A stretch of 64,000 bases of DNA from Alphaproteobacteria bacterium (GCA_965232515.1 CBDDPY010000002.1:2592001-2656000); one strand, 5' to 3'; numbered from the stretch's first letter, positions 24,852 to 34,922 are shown. Translations and numbers: made by a program. Notes: generated by a model not told the origin, from the sequence alone.

Positions 24852-25286
24852 TCAGGGGCGGCTGTTCCGGGCCACGATCTCGTCCAGGCGCGCGATCCGC
24901 GCGTACAGGCCCTCGCTTCGATCCAAAAGCTCAAGCAGATCCCGCGGCAATCCCGCCGTCGGCAGGGGACCTTCGGCCAGGCAGACGGTCTGGCCGCCCA
25001 AGCGCCAATTTTCGGACGCCAGCTCTTCGGAGGCAATTTCGCCCGCATGGGCCGCCCGCTGCACGATCAGCCAGGCCATCACCTGGGTCAGGCGTGACGT
25101 CAGCCGCATGCTCTCGACGCTGTAGGCGAGGCCACGGTCGACCGGCAGTCCGGAGGCATCCCGCTGCCCCTTGACCGTCAGATAGTCCCGCGCCTCCTGC
25201 AGCAGGCGCAGGGCCTCATCAAAGGTTCGGCCGAAATAGACGGGATCGGCATCGCCGCCCACGGCCGGCATCTCGACGTCCCGCAA
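24852..25286 (-). CDS. rcdA: RcdA/DUF1465 regulator of CtrA degradation
   Basis: ESMRLTSRLTQVMAWL..QRA; next to rpmE as in other alphaproteobacteria. Confidence 0.85.
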   Translation of the reverse strand: MRDVEMPAVGGDADPVYFGRTFDEALRLLQEARDYLTVKGQRDASGLPVDRGLAYSVESMRLTSRLTQVMAWLIVQRAAHAGEIASEELASENWRLGGQTVCLAEGPLPTAGLPRDLLELLDRSEGLYARIARLDEIVARNSRP

Positions 25287-25373
25287 AACCTGTCCCTCGT
25301 CTGCCGACGTGTGCCCGTGAATAGGTCGGATTATCGGCCGGAATCGTTAAGAAACTGGCCGGTTCGGACCGGT

Positions 25374-25401
25374 CTTGAATCGGCCGCGGACGGCCATATC
25401 T
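25374..25401 (+). promoter_or_regulatory. RpoH (sigma32)-type promoter
   Basis: CTTGAA-N14-CCATATCT upstream of a small heat-shock gene. Confidence 0.75.
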
Positions 25402-25407
25402 AGAGGT

Positions 25408-25511
25408 TGTACCGGGTGCCGGATATGGGCCCGGGAACATCGCCGGCCCGGCCGAAAACGGCGGGCCACTGAAACGCTGGTATTGCTCATGAAGGAGGAT
25501 ATCAAGCCATG
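25408..25511 (+). promoter_or_regulatory. ROSE-like RNA thermometer in the ibpA 5'UTR
   Basis: GC-rich ~100-nt UTR; TTGCT directly 5' of the AGGAGG SD. Confidence 0.55.
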
Positions 25512-25940
25512 CGTCGCTTTGACCTTACCCCCCTCTATCGTTCTACGGTTGGTTTCGACCGCTTCAATCGCGTCTTTGATGCGATCGGCGGCCTCGATGC
25601 GCCGGCCCAGACCTACCCGCCCTACAACATCGAAAAGTCCGGCGAGGATGCCTACCGCATCACCATGGCCGTCGCCGGCTTCCGCGAGGCGGATATCGAC
25701 GTCACCGTGACCGACAGCACGCTGGTCATCACCGGCAAGCAGATCGCCGATCAGGAAGGCGTCGAGTACCTGCACCGCGGCATCGCCGGACGCCCGTTCG
25801 AACGCCGGTTCGAGCTGGCCGACAGCATCAAGGTCGTCGGTGGGCGGCTGGAGAACGGCCTGCTGCACGTCGATCTCGTCCGCGAGGTGCCGGAGCACAA
25901 GCGCCCGCGGCAGATCAAGATCGACGCCGTTGCGGCCTGA
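25509..25940 (+). CDS. ibpA: small heat shock protein IbpA-type
   Basis: RSTVGFDR, YPPYNIEK, YLHRGIA, NGLLHVDL. Confidence 0.93.
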   Translation: MRRFDLTPLYRSTVGFDRFNRVFDAIGGLDAPAQTYPPYNIEKSGEDAYRITMAVAGFREADIDVTVTDSTLVITGKQIADQEGVEYLHRGIAGRPFERRFELADSIKVVGGRLENGLLHVDLVREVPEHKRPRQIKIDAVAA

Positions 25941-26049
25941 CGCCTCAACCAACCGTTAACCACAGCAACGTGATGGCCCCGCCGCTCGCGGGACGACAGG
26001 ACGGGTGCGTCCGCCGGCGGGGCCCATCCGGAATTCGATGGAGTTGATC

Positions 26050-26529
26050 ATGGCATCCAATCGCCTCGTTCCCTGGAACCGCCGCTTTCCGGCCTCAAGC
26101 CCGCTGTTCGGCGATCTGCAGCAGCAGATCAACCGCCTGTTCGACGACGCCTGGGGCGGTGACGTGGCCTCGCCGCAGGCCGAAGGCATCGCGCATCTGA
26201 CGCCCAGCATCGACGTCAGCGAAACCGACGACGCCTATCACATCGACGCCGAACTGCCGGGCGCCGACGAAAAGGACATCGACGTCACGCTGACCGACGG
26301 CGTCCTCAGCCTGAAGGGCGAGAAGAAGGTCGAGTCCGAGCGAAAGGAGAAGAACGCGCTCGTCAAGGAACGCCGCTACGGCAGCTTCTTCCGCTCGTTC
26401 CGCCTGCCGCCCGAGGTCGACGTCGACGGCATCCAGGCCAAGTTCGAGAAGGGCGTCCTGCACGTCACCGTGCCGAAAAAGCCGGAAGCGAAGCAGGCCA
26501 CCAAACAGATCGAAATCAAGTCGTCGTAA
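26050..26529 (+). CDS. Hsp20/alpha-crystallin family protein
   Basis: DVSETDD, AELPG, ERRYGSFFRSF, GVLHVTVPK, IEI. Confidence 0.93.
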   Translation: MASNRLVPWNRRFPASSPLFGDLQQQINRLFDDAWGGDVASPQAEGIAHLTPSIDVSETDDAYHIDAELPGADEKDIDVTLTDGVLSLKGEKKVESERKEKNALVKERRYGSFFRSFRLPPEVDVDGIQAKFEKGVLHVTVPKKPEAKQATKQIEIKSS

Positions 26530-26559
26530 CCCGACGTTTAAGCAATCGAAATCGATTGT

Positions 26560-26592
26560 CGCCCGTCCTGCCCGGGGCGGGCGCTTTCGTTT
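26560..26592 (+). terminator. intrinsic terminator
   Basis: CGCCCGTCC..GGGCGGGCG hairpin followed by CTTTCGTTT. Confidence 0.55.
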
Positions 26593-26604
26593 GGAGCCGG
26601 TCCG

Positions 26605-27393
26605 CTAGAAGAATGCCCGCATGGCGTCCAGGGTCTCGTCAGGGGCCTCTTCCATCATGATGTGGCCGACGCCTTTCAGCACGGTCACGTCGGCCTGCGT
26701 CATCGCGGCGGCCAAACCGCGCGCCACCTTGACCGGCGCCATCATGTCTTTTTCGCCCAGCACGAACAGCGCCGGACAGCTGATGGCTTCGGCCGCCGCC
26801 TCGCCGTCGTTGTAAGCGTTGCAGGCGTTCAGGTCGTTGAACAGCACGCCGTCGCCGGCATGTTCCAGCACCCTTAGGCCGCCGCGCATCATCCACAGGC
26901 CCGGCACGCGGTGGCCGCCGAACTGGGCGTTGCGGCCGAAACCCCAGCTGTTCACCAGGTCCATGGCCAGATGCTCGTTCGCCTTCGCCGGCTGCAGCAA
27001 GGCGTCGTTCACCCGCATCGGATAGCCGGCGCCCAAGAGGCAGATCGACATCACCCGGTCGGCATGGCGCGCCGCCGCGTCGAGCGCCACCAGCGCGCCC
27101 ATGCTGTGGCCGGCAAGCGCCGACTTGCCGACGCCGGCGGCGTCCAGCAGCCGCATCAACCAATCGGCCATCTCGGGGATCGTTTCCAGCAACGGCCCCT
27201 CGGACCGGCCATGGCCCGGCAGGTCGACCGCCAGCACGCCATAGCCGTGCCAGGCGAAGTATCGCGTCTGCAGGGTCCAGACCGTGTGATCGAACGAAGC
27301 GCCGTGGACAAAGACGATCGTCGGCAGCGACGGATCGAACGGCTTGCCGCCGGTGGCGGCGAACACCTTGCGGTCGTCGACAGTCAGTTCCAT
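26605..27393 (-). CDS. alpha/beta hydrolase
   Basis: FVHGA, DLPGHGRS, GHSMG, GH near the C-terminus. Confidence 0.9.
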   Translation of the reverse strand: MELTVDDRKVFAATGGKPFDPSLPTIVFVHGASFDHTVWTLQTRYFAWHGYGVLAVDLPGHGRSEGPLLETIPEMADWLMRLLDAAGVGKSALAGHSMGALVALDAAARHADRVMSICLLGAGYPMRVNDALLQPAKANEHLAMDLVNSWGFGRNAQFGGHRVPGLWMMRGGLRVLEHAGDGVLFNDLNACNAYNDGEAAAEAISCPALFVLGEKDMMAPVKVARGLAAAMTQADVTVLKGVGHIMMEEAPDETLDAMRAFF

Positions 27394-27398
27394 GACGG

Positions 27399-28694
27399 CT
27401 ACCCCTTCTGCGCGGCGCGCAGGCCGCGCTTCAGATCGTCGACCAGATCGGCCGGATCCTCGAGACCGATCGACAGGCGCACCAACTCCTCGCCGATCCC
27501 GGCCGCCTTCAGTGCGTCGGCGTCCATCTGCTGATGTGTGGTGCTGGCCGGATGGATAACGAGGCTTTTCGCGTCGCCGACATTGGCCAGGTGCGAAAAC
27601 AGACCCAACGCCTCGATGAAGCGGCGGCCGGCCTCCCGCCCGCCCTTGACGCCAAAGCTGAAGATCGCCCCGCAGCCATCGGGCAACAGCGTCTTGGCGA
27701 GGTTGTGGTCGCGATGGCTCGGCAGTTCGGGATAGCTGACCCATTCGACGGCCTCGTGTTCGTCGAGAAAGCCGACGACCTTGCGGGTGTTCTCGACGTG
27801 ACGCTGCATGCGCACGCCCAGGGTCTCCACCCCCTGCAGAATGTAGAAGGCGTTCTGCGGCGGCATCGCGGCGCCGAAGTCGCGCAGGCCCTCGGCACGC
27901 GCGCGCATGATCAAGGCGCGTGGGCCGAACTCCTCGGCGAAGTCGAGGCCGTGATAGCCATCATAGGGTTCGGTCAGCGTCGGGAACTTGCCCGACGCTT
28001 CCCAATCGAAGGTGCCGCCGTCGACCAGCACGCCGCCGATGGCAACGCCGTGGCCGCCGAGGAACTTGGTGGCCGAATGCATGACCAGATCGGCGCCATG
28101 CTCGAACGGCCGGAACAGGTGCGGCGTGGCGAAGGTGTTGTCGATCATCAGCGGCAGGCCGTGATCGTGAGCCACCTTGCCAATGGCTGCCATGTCCATG
28201 ACCTCAAGGCCGGGATTGCCCAGCGTCTCGCCGAAGACAAGGCGCGTCTCGGGCCGAATGGCGGCGGCGAACGCGTTCGGATCGCGCGGGTCGACAAATG
28301 TCGTGGTAATGCCGAAGCGCGGCAGCGTGTGCTGCATCATGTTGTGGCTGCCGCCGTAGATCGAAGCCGACGAGACGATATGGCCGCCGTGGCCCATCAG
28401 CGTCGCGATGCCGAGATGGAGCGCCGCCTGGCCGCTCGCCGTGCAGATGGCGCCGACGCCGCCCTCGAGCGCCGCAATGCGTTCCTCCAGAACGGCCACG
28501 GTCGGGTTGGAGATGCGCGAATAGATGTGACCGGCGCGCTCCAGATTGAACAGGGCGGCGGCATGGTCGGTGTCGTCGAACACGAACGACGTCGATTGAT
28601 AGATCGGTACGGCGCGCGCGCCCGTCGCGGGGTCCGGACGCTGGCCCGCGTGCAGGCTCAACGTATCGCGCTTCAGATAATTCGGATCCGCCAT
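27399..28694 (-). CDS. metY: O-acetylhomoserine aminocarboxypropyltransferase
   Basis: [39 protein letters not shown]. Confidence 0.9.
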   Translation of the reverse strand: MADPNYLKRDTLSLHAGQRPDPATGARAVPIYQSTSFVFDDTDHAAALFNLERAGHIYSRISNPTVAVLEERIAALEGGVGAICTASGQAALHLGIATLMGHGGHIVSSASIYGGSHNMMQHTLPRFGITTTFVDPRDPNAFAAAIRPETRLVFGETLGNPGLEVMDMAAIGKVAHDHGLPLMIDNTFATPHLFRPFEHGADLVMHSATKFLGGHGVAIGGVLVDGGTFDWEASGKFPTLTEPYDGYHGLDFAEEFGPRALIMRARAEGLRDFGAAMPPQNAFYILQGVETLGVRMQRHVENTRKVVGFLDEHEAVEWVSYPELPSHRDHNLAKTLLPDGCGAIFSFGVKGGREAGRRFIEALGLFSHLANVGDAKSLVIHPASTTHQQMDADALKAAGIGEELVRLSIGLEDPADLVDDLKRGLRAAQKG

Positions 28695-28801
28695 GTCGCG
28701 CCTCGCCGTTGTCGGGAACGGCGGGCATGGTAGTCGGCCCCGTTGAAATGTCCAACAGCCCGCGGTCAGCCGATCACTGGCGACGAGGTGCGGAATTAGT
28801 T

Positions 28802-28834
28802 AAGGGGCTGCCGTTTCCGGCAGCCCCTTTTTTT
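28802..28834 (+). terminator. intrinsic terminator with no upstream + strand CDS
   Basis: AAGGGGCTGCCG-TTTC-CGGCAGCCCC followed by a T7 tract. Confidence 0.7.
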
Positions 28835-29036
28835 GTTGTCGCCTCGACCTGTCAGACTCGCGTCTTTGTCAAGATGTGACCTTAAACACTGTGCAAAGAC
28901 GGTCAAGTCCGAAAACGATTCGTTAACTCATTTTAAGTCGCCACCAAATTCTCGCGTTGCCGCAATTAACCAGCGTTTGCCCAACAGCACAGTGGCGCAT
29001 GCATCCGAAATTCCGTCGGAATGTAAGGAAATAGGC

Positions 29037-29140
29037 AAAAAAAGGAGCCGCGCGGGAGCGCGGCTCGAGTCAACAGGGAGGCGTCAACAGACTGGATGAG
29101 ATCCAGCTGGGACAAGCTTGACTGGAATCAATCAAGCTAT
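29037..29140 (-). ncRNA. candidate trans-acting sRNA with CCUCCC anti-SD motif
   Basis: Minus strand: two hairpins, then CUGUUGACGCCUCCCUGUUGAC, then GAGCCGCGC/GCGCGGCUC terminator and U7; 5' end uncertain. Confidence 0.65.
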
Positions 29141-29163
29141 AGTGGAGACGGTAGGCCTGAAGT

Positions 29164-29179
29164 GTTAATGAAATCTTAA
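29164..29179 (-). promoter_or_regulatory. CtrA-binding box
   Basis: TTAA-GATTTCA-TTAAC matches TTAA-N7-TTAAC exactly. Confidence 0.7.
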
Positions 29180-29257
29180 AAACGTTAACAAATTTGAATT
29201 TTTTCGTTTTTTCTTGTGGATAGACTGTGGATTTAGATGGGGTAACCTCGGCAGTTT

Positions 29258-29440
29258 CTATTTTTTAAAGAAGGCTTCGGCGCCGCCGCGCGCGTCTTCC
29301 TTGAGGGCGATGGCCTCACGGACACGCGCGATTTCGGCCTCGAGGTCGTCGATATACTCGTGCAGCGCCTCGATCGACATTTCCTCGAGCTTGGGCTTCT
29401 CCGGCTTCTTCGGTGGCGGATCCAACGTATCCCAATCCAT
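29258..29440 (-). CDS. DUF1192 family protein
   Basis: LEEMSIEALHEYIDDLEAEIAR...AEAFFKK; divergent from qor. Confidence 0.85.
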   Translation of the reverse strand: MDWDTLDPPPKKPEKPKLEEMSIEALHEYIDDLEAEIARVREAIALKEDARGGAEAFFKK

Positions 29441-29542
29441 TGAACTGCCTCCCTGACTGTGCCGGCCTATTCGCCGGTTGCCTGCCGTTGTCGAACATAC
29501 TAGACCGGATACCATTATCGCCAGACCCGAGCCGGATTTGCC

Positions 29543-30544
29543 ATGACGACGTTGCCCGACAACATGACCGCGATCGAGATCACCGAGCCTGGAGGCCCGG
29601 AGGTCCTGCGGCCAACAACACGGCCGCTGCCCAGCTATGGCGAGGGGGAGGTCTTGATCAAGGTCGCCGCGGCCGGCGTCAATCGCCCGGACTGCATGCA
29701 GCGTGAGGGCGGTTATCCGCCGCCACCCGGCGCGCCGGACATTCCGGGTCTGGAGCTTGCCGGTAGCGTCGTCGCCGTTGGCCCAGGTGTCACCGGCCTG
29801 GCGGTCGGCGATCGGGTCTGCGCGCTGGTCGCCGGGGGCGGCTATGCCGAATACTGCATGGCCGCGGCAGACCTGTGCCTGCCGGTGCCGACGGGCTTCG
29901 GCATGACCGAGGCTGCCGCGCTGCCGGAGACCTTCTTCACGGTTTGGACGAACGTGTTTCAGCGTGGCCGTTTGCAGTCGGGCGAAACCATCCTGATCCA
30001 TGGCGGGTCGAGCGGCATCGGCACCACGGCGATCCGCCTCGCGAAGCATTTCGGCGCGCGCGTCTTCGTAACCGCCGGCAGCGCCGACAAGTGTCGGGCC
30101 TGCGAGGCGCTGGGCGCGGACCAGGCGATCAACTACCGCGAGGCGGACTTCGTTGAGACCGTCAGGGAACTGACCGATGGCGCCGGCGTCGATCTGATCC
30201 TGGACATGGTCGGCGGCGACTACATGCCCCGCAACGTCCAGGCGCTCGCCGTCGAGGGGCGGCTGGTGCAGATCGCCTTTCTACGCAGCCCGAAGATGGA
30301 GTTCAATTTCCTGCCGATGATGCTGAAGCGCCTGACGCTGACTGGGTCGACCTTGCGGCCGCGCACAGTGGCCCAGAAGGCCGTCATCGCCGAGGAATTG
30401 CGCAGCCGGGTCTGGCCGCTGCTGAACGATGGCAAGGTCAAGCCGGTGATGGATTCGACGTATCCCCTGGCTGACGCCGCCGGCGCCCATGCGCGCATGG
30501 AAAGCAGCGGCCATATCGGTAAGATCGTGCTTGAGATTTCGTAG
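29543..30544 (+). CDS. NAD(P)H-quinone oxidoreductase (PIG3 family)
   Basis: GVNRPD..QREG.YPPP, IHGGSSGIGT, GSTLRPR. Confidence 0.93.
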   Translation: MTTLPDNMTAIEITEPGGPEVLRPTTRPLPSYGEGEVLIKVAAAGVNRPDCMQREGGYPPPPGAPDIPGLELAGSVVAVGPGVTGLAVGDRVCALVAGGGYAEYCMAAADLCLPVPTGFGMTEAAALPETFFTVWTNVFQRGRLQSGETILIHGGSSGIGTTAIRLAKHFGARVFVTAGSADKCRACEALGADQAINYREADFVETVRELTDGAGVDLILDMVGGDYMPRNVQALAVEGRLVQIAFLRSPKMEFNFLPMMLKRLTLTGSTLRPRTVAQKAVIAEELRSRVWPLLNDGKVKPVMDSTYPLADAAGAHARMESSGHIGKIVLEIS

Positions 30545-30653
30545 ACACGGGCTTTGTGTCGGGGCGCACTTGCACTATAAAGCGCGCTTGTTCATGACAG
30601 TTTGAATTTGGGCGGTCCGAATCCGGGCCGCCCGGCACCGTGGGAGAAACGGT

Positions 30654-31451
30654 ATGTCCAAACCGCTTATGCCGAAAGCGACGGCCGTCTGGCTGGTCGA
30701 CAACACGTCGCTGACGTTCGAGCAGATCGCCGACTTCTGCGGCCTGCATCCGTTGGAAGTGAAGGGCATCGCCGACGGCGAGGTGGCGCAGGGCATCCAG
30801 GGCCTCGATCCTGTTGCGACGGGCCAGATCACGCGAGAGAACCTCGAGCGCAGCGTCGCCGACCCGAACATCATGTTGACCATGGAGAAGCCGCCGGTCG
30901 AGCTGCCGCCGACACGCGGCCGCGGCGGCCGGTACACGCCGCTCAGCAAACGCCAGGATCGGCCGAACGCCATTGCCTGGCTGCTGCGCAATCACCCCGA
31001 GTTGACCGACGCCCAGGTCGGCAAGCTGGTCGGCACGACGAAACCGACGATCCAGTCGATCCGCGACCGCTCGCACTGGAACATGCCGAACATCAAGCCG
31101 CAGGACCCGGTCACGCTCGGCCTGACCACGCAGGTCGATCTCGACGCGGCCGTGCAGAAGGCGCAGGAAAAGCTGCGGCGGCAACAGCTGAAGGAAGAAA
31201 AGGCGACTGCCAAGGCCAAGGCCGAGCAGTTGGCCGCCGCCGAGGCCGCCGGCATGCCGTCGACCCAGCCCGTGCCCGAACCGGAGCCCGAAGCCGAGGC
31301 CGCCACCGAAGCGCCCATCGAGCCCGCGCCGGCGGCCGATCCGCTTCTGGAAGAAGCGCCGGCGCCGAAGCCGGAAGAGCGGGAGCTGTCGGCCGAGGAT
31401 GTGTTCGGCGCCGCACCGCCCGAAGACAGCGGCGACGACGAACGCCCGTAG
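30654..31451 (+). CDS. DUF1013 family protein (TrcR-like)
   Basis: PLMPKATAVWLVDNT, YTPLSKRQDRP, IRDRSHWN. Confidence 0.9.
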   Translation: MSKPLMPKATAVWLVDNTSLTFEQIADFCGLHPLEVKGIADGEVAQGIQGLDPVATGQITRENLERSVADPNIMLTMEKPPVELPPTRGRGGRYTPLSKRQDRPNAIAWLLRNHPELTDAQVGKLVGTTKPTIQSIRDRSHWNMPNIKPQDPVTLGLTTQVDLDAAVQKAQEKLRRQQLKEEKATAKAKAEQLAAAEAAGMPSTQPVPEPEPEAEAATEAPIEPAPAADPLLEEAPAPKPEERELSAEDVFGAAPPEDSGDDERP

Positions 31452-31589
31452 CGCCGATCCCGGCGACGGCCGGGCCATATCGACAAACGATCGACGACCG
31501 CTTGCCGCCACAAGGCGGCTGGCGTTCGCGCACGCCAGCGGGCAAAGTGCCCCTGCCGGAAAAATGGACCTGCGGGAGGAGAGGACACG

Positions 31590-33224
31590 ATGGCGCGGAT
31601 GACGGGCGGACGGGCGCTGGTCAAATCGATCATGGCGCATGGCGTAGATACCGTATTCGGTCTGCCCGGCGTCCAGATGGATCATTTCTTCAACGCCCTG
31701 CACGACGAAGGCAATGCGATCCGCGTCATCCAGACCCGGCATGAACAGGGCGCGGCCTACATGGCCTTCGGCTATGCCGCGGCCACCGGCAAGGTCGGCA
31801 CGTTCGCCGTGGTGCCGGGCCCGGGCCTGCTGAACACGACGGCTGCGCTGTCGACGGCCTATGGCTGCAACACGCCGGTGCTGGCGCTGACCGGCCAGAT
31901 CCCATCGGCCTATATCGGCCGCGGTCTCGGCATGCTGCACGAGATCCCGGACCAGCTGGCGCTGATCCGCGGCCTGACCAAATGGGCCGAGCGCATCGAG
32001 CATCCGGCGCACGTGCCTGGCCTGGTCGCCGAAGCCTTCAAGCAGATGCGGACCGGGCGGGAACGCCCGGTCGAGCTGGAGATGGCGCTCGACATCATGG
32101 CGACGGAAACCGAGGTCGGCGAGTCGCTGCCGGCCGCGCCCGCCCCGCCGACGCCCGTCGATGTCGATCTGATCGAGAAAGCGGCCAAGCTGTTGGGCGA
32201 AGCGGAACAGCCGCTGATCTTCGTCGGCGGCGGCGTTTTCGGCGCCGAGGCCGAGCTTCTGGAAACGGCGGAGATGCTGCAAGCCCCGGTCATCAGCCAC
32301 CGCATGGGCCGGGGCGCGATCGACGATCGGCATTACCTGTCGCAGAACCAACCAGTAGGCCATCGGCTCTGGGCGACGGCCGATGTCGTGCTGGCGGTCG
32401 GCACACGGCTGCAGCACCAGCGCATGTCTTGGGGCACGGATGCCGGTCTCAAGATCGTGCATATCGACATCGATGCGACCGAGCTGAAACGCATCTCGAC
32501 GCCGGCCGTCGGCATCGCGGCCGATGCCAAGACGGCGCTCGCGGCCCTGCTGCCGGCGCTCGCCAAGCACAATCGCGCGCGGACGTCGCGCGAGGAAGAA
32601 TTGTCGGCGCTAAAGGCGGAGATGCTGGCGCTGTTCGAGGACAAGCTGGCGCCGCAGATGGCCTGGCTGAACGCGCTGCGCCGAGGCCTGCCGGAGAACG
32701 GCATCCTGGTCGACGAGTTCACGCAAGTCGGCTACATGGCGCGCGCCGCCTTCCCGGTTCACGAACCGCGGACGTTGTTGTCGTCGGGTTATCAGGGCAC
32801 GCTCGGTTACGGCTACGCGGCGGCGCTCGGCGCCAAGGTCGCGCGGCCGGACCGGCCCGTGCTGTCGGTGAACGGCGACGGCGGCTTCATGTTCAATGTG
32901 CAGGAGCTGGCGACCGCGGTGCAGCACGGCATTGGCGTCGTCGCCGTGGTGTTCGACGACGGCGCCTACGGCAACGTGCAGCGCATGCAGGAGGAAATGC
33001 ATGGCGGCCGGGTAATCGCGACCGACCTGCGCAATCCGGACTTTGCGGCCATGGCCGAAAGCTTCGGCGCGGCCGGCCGCCGGGCAGAGACACCGGCCGA
33101 GCTGGAGACGGCGCTGAGGGAAGCGGTCGCTGCCGGCGAGCCATGCGTTATCCACGTGCCCGTCCCGCGCATGCCAGATCCCTGGCCGATCCTAATGCCG
33201 CGCCGTAACCGGCCGCCGCGATGA
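31590..33224 (+). CDS. thiamine pyrophosphate-dependent enzyme (ALS-like)
   Basis: VFGLPG, RHEQGA, GDGGFMF. Confidence 0.9.
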   Translation: MARMTGGRALVKSIMAHGVDTVFGLPGVQMDHFFNALHDEGNAIRVIQTRHEQGAAYMAFGYAAATGKVGTFAVVPGPGLLNTTAALSTAYGCNTPVLALTGQIPSAYIGRGLGMLHEIPDQLALIRGLTKWAERIEHPAHVPGLVAEAFKQMRTGRERPVELEMALDIMATETEVGESLPAAPAPPTPVDVDLIEKAAKLLGEAEQPLIFVGGGVFGAEAELLETAEMLQAPVISHRMGRGAIDDRHYLSQNQPVGHRLWATADVVLAVGTRLQHQRMSWGTDAGLKIVHIDIDATELKRISTPAVGIAADAKTALAALLPALAKHNRARTSREEELSALKAEMLALFEDKLAPQMAWLNALRRGLPENGILVDEFTQVGYMARAAFPVHEPRTLLSSGYQGTLGYGYAAALGAKVARPDRPVLSVNGDGGFMFNVQELATAVQHGIGVVAVVFDDGAYGNVQRMQEEMHGGRVIATDLRNPDFAAMAESFGAAGRRAETPAELETALREAVAAGEPCVIHVPVPRMPDPWPILMPRRNRPPR

Positions 33225-33958
33225 CCTATTGCGTGGGCGTCTTCGTCGATGCCGGTCTGGTGCTGGCCGCCGACAGCCGGACCAACGCGGGCGTCGACCA
33301 GATCGCCAGCGTCGAGAAGATGTTCGTCTTCGAGCAACCGGGCGAGCGCGTCATCGTGCTGCTGTCGGCCGGCAACCTGGCGATCACGCAATCCGTCATC
33401 AACCTGCTGAACGAGGGCTGCGCGCCGGGTGGCGACGAGGTGCCGGACCTGATGAGCGCGCCGACCATGTACCGCGCCGCGCGCGCCGTTGGCGATGCGC
33501 TGCGCGAGGTGCACCGGATCGACGCGCCGCATCTGGCCGAACAGGGCATCGACTTCAACGCCGCCTTCATCGTCGGCGGCCAGATCGGCGACGAGCGCCC
33601 GCGCCTGTTCCAGGTCTACGCCGCCGGCAACTTCATCGAGGCGTCCGCCGGCACGCCGTTCCTGCAGATCGGCGAGACGAAATACGGCAAGCCGATCCTG
33701 GACCGCATCGTCGAGCCCGGCGCGAGCCTGCCGGAAGTGGCGAAATGCGTTCTCTTGTCCTACGCCTCGACCATGCGCTCGAACGTCTCGGTCGGCCTGC
33801 CGATCGATCTCCTGTGCTACGCCAAGGACAGCCTGACGGCCGACAACCGCACCCGGATCGATGCAGGCGACGCCTACTTCAAATCCATCCGCGGCGGCTG
33901 GGACGACGGTCTGGTCCGCGTCTTCCAGGAGCTGCCGGACCCCGACTTCGTCGGCTGA
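33221..33958 (+). CDS. Anbu proteasome-type Ntn protease
   Basis: MTYCVG N-terminal Thr, DSRTNAGVD, QIGETKYGKPILDR, STMRSNVSVGLP. Confidence 0.9.
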   Translation: MTYCVGVFVDAGLVLAADSRTNAGVDQIASVEKMFVFEQPGERVIVLLSAGNLAITQSVINLLNEGCAPGGDEVPDLMSAPTMYRAARAVGDALREVHRIDAPHLAEQGIDFNAAFIVGGQIGDERPRLFQVYAAGNFIEASAGTPFLQIGETKYGKPILDRIVEPGASLPEVAKCVLLSYASTMRSNVSVGLPIDLLCYAKDSLTADNRTRIDAGDAYFKSIRGGWDDGLVRVFQELPDPDFVG

Positions 33959-34083
33959 GCGGTCCTCGTCTCGGATTTGCCTTGGACCGTTTGGTCTCAA
34001 TACCTTAACCAAGGCGGGGTAGATACGGAGGCGGGAGACCGGCGGGTGGCGCATGCGGCCCGCCCCGACCACGGGACGGACGC

Positions 34084-34920
34084 ATGGACGGCGATTACCT
34101 GGCCCATTACCGCGAGCACGGCTATGCCGTGGTCCGTGCCCTGTTCGGGCCCGACGAGGTGGCCGAGATCACCGCCGCCTTCGACCGGCTCTACGAACAG
34201 GGCCTGGCGCATGGCGCCAGCTTCCGGCACGGCAACCTGCTGTACCGGGTGCAGACGGACGCCAACCTCGGCGCGATCGTGCCCATGGTCCAATGGCCGG
34301 CCTATGTCGAGCCGGTGCTGGAGCGGGTGCGCCGCGACCAGCGCATGCTGGACCTGCTGGCGCCGCTTCTGGGCCGCGATCTGAAACAGATCATTAACCA
34401 GTTGCACTGGAAACCGCCGGGTGCGTGCGCCGTGGGCTTTTCCTACCACCAGGACGCCATGTTCCGCCGGCCGGTTGAGGCCTATCGCGATCTCGCCAAT
34501 TCCTACGTGCAGACCGGCATCGCCATCGATCCCCACGGACCCCGGAACGGCGGCATGCGGGTCTATCCCGGCAGCCATCGGCGCGGCGTCCTGCGGATCG
34601 AGCGGCCGGGCCGGGTCACCGACTACGACATGGCCGACGCCGACCTGGAGGCCCTGGGCCTGGACCCGGCCGGCGCGGTGAGCCTGGACCTGGCGCCGGG
34701 CGACCTGGCGCTCTGGCATCCCTATACGGTCCACGGCTCCGGCCCCAATCCGAGCGCCGGCGACCGCCGCTTCTTCATCAATGGCTATGTCCGGGCCGAG
34801 AATTGCGATCGCGGCGAATGGGCCTTCCGCGACGGCGCGCCCTGCCCGCTCGGCGACCCGGTCCTGGTGCATTACGAAGACCTGCACGTCCGGCCGGAGC
34901 CGCACTATACCGGCGACTGA
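34084..34920 (+). CDS. phytanoyl-CoA dioxygenase family (Fe/2OG)
   Basis: YHQD, NGGMRVYPGSH, VHGSGPN....RR. Confidence 0.9.
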   Translation: MDGDYLAHYREHGYAVVRALFGPDEVAEITAAFDRLYEQGLAHGASFRHGNLLYRVQTDANLGAIVPMVQWPAYVEPVLERVRRDQRMLDLLAPLLGRDLKQIINQLHWKPPGACAVGFSYHQDAMFRRPVEAYRDLANSYVQTGIAIDPHGPRNGGMRVYPGSHRRGVLRIERPGRVTDYDMADADLEALGLDPAGAVSLDLAPGDLALWHPYTVHGSGPNPSAGDRRFFINGYVRAENCDRGEWAFRDGAPCPLGDPVLVHYEDLHVRPEPHYTGD

Positions 34921-34922
34921 TC

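Noticed and set aside
28695-28860. SAM riboswitch upstream of metY
   Set aside because: No SAM-II/SAM-alpha consensus recognised on the minus strand, and the terminator present has the wrong polarity
28923-28936. Second CtrA box
   Set aside because: Spacing is TTAA-N6-TTAA, not N7
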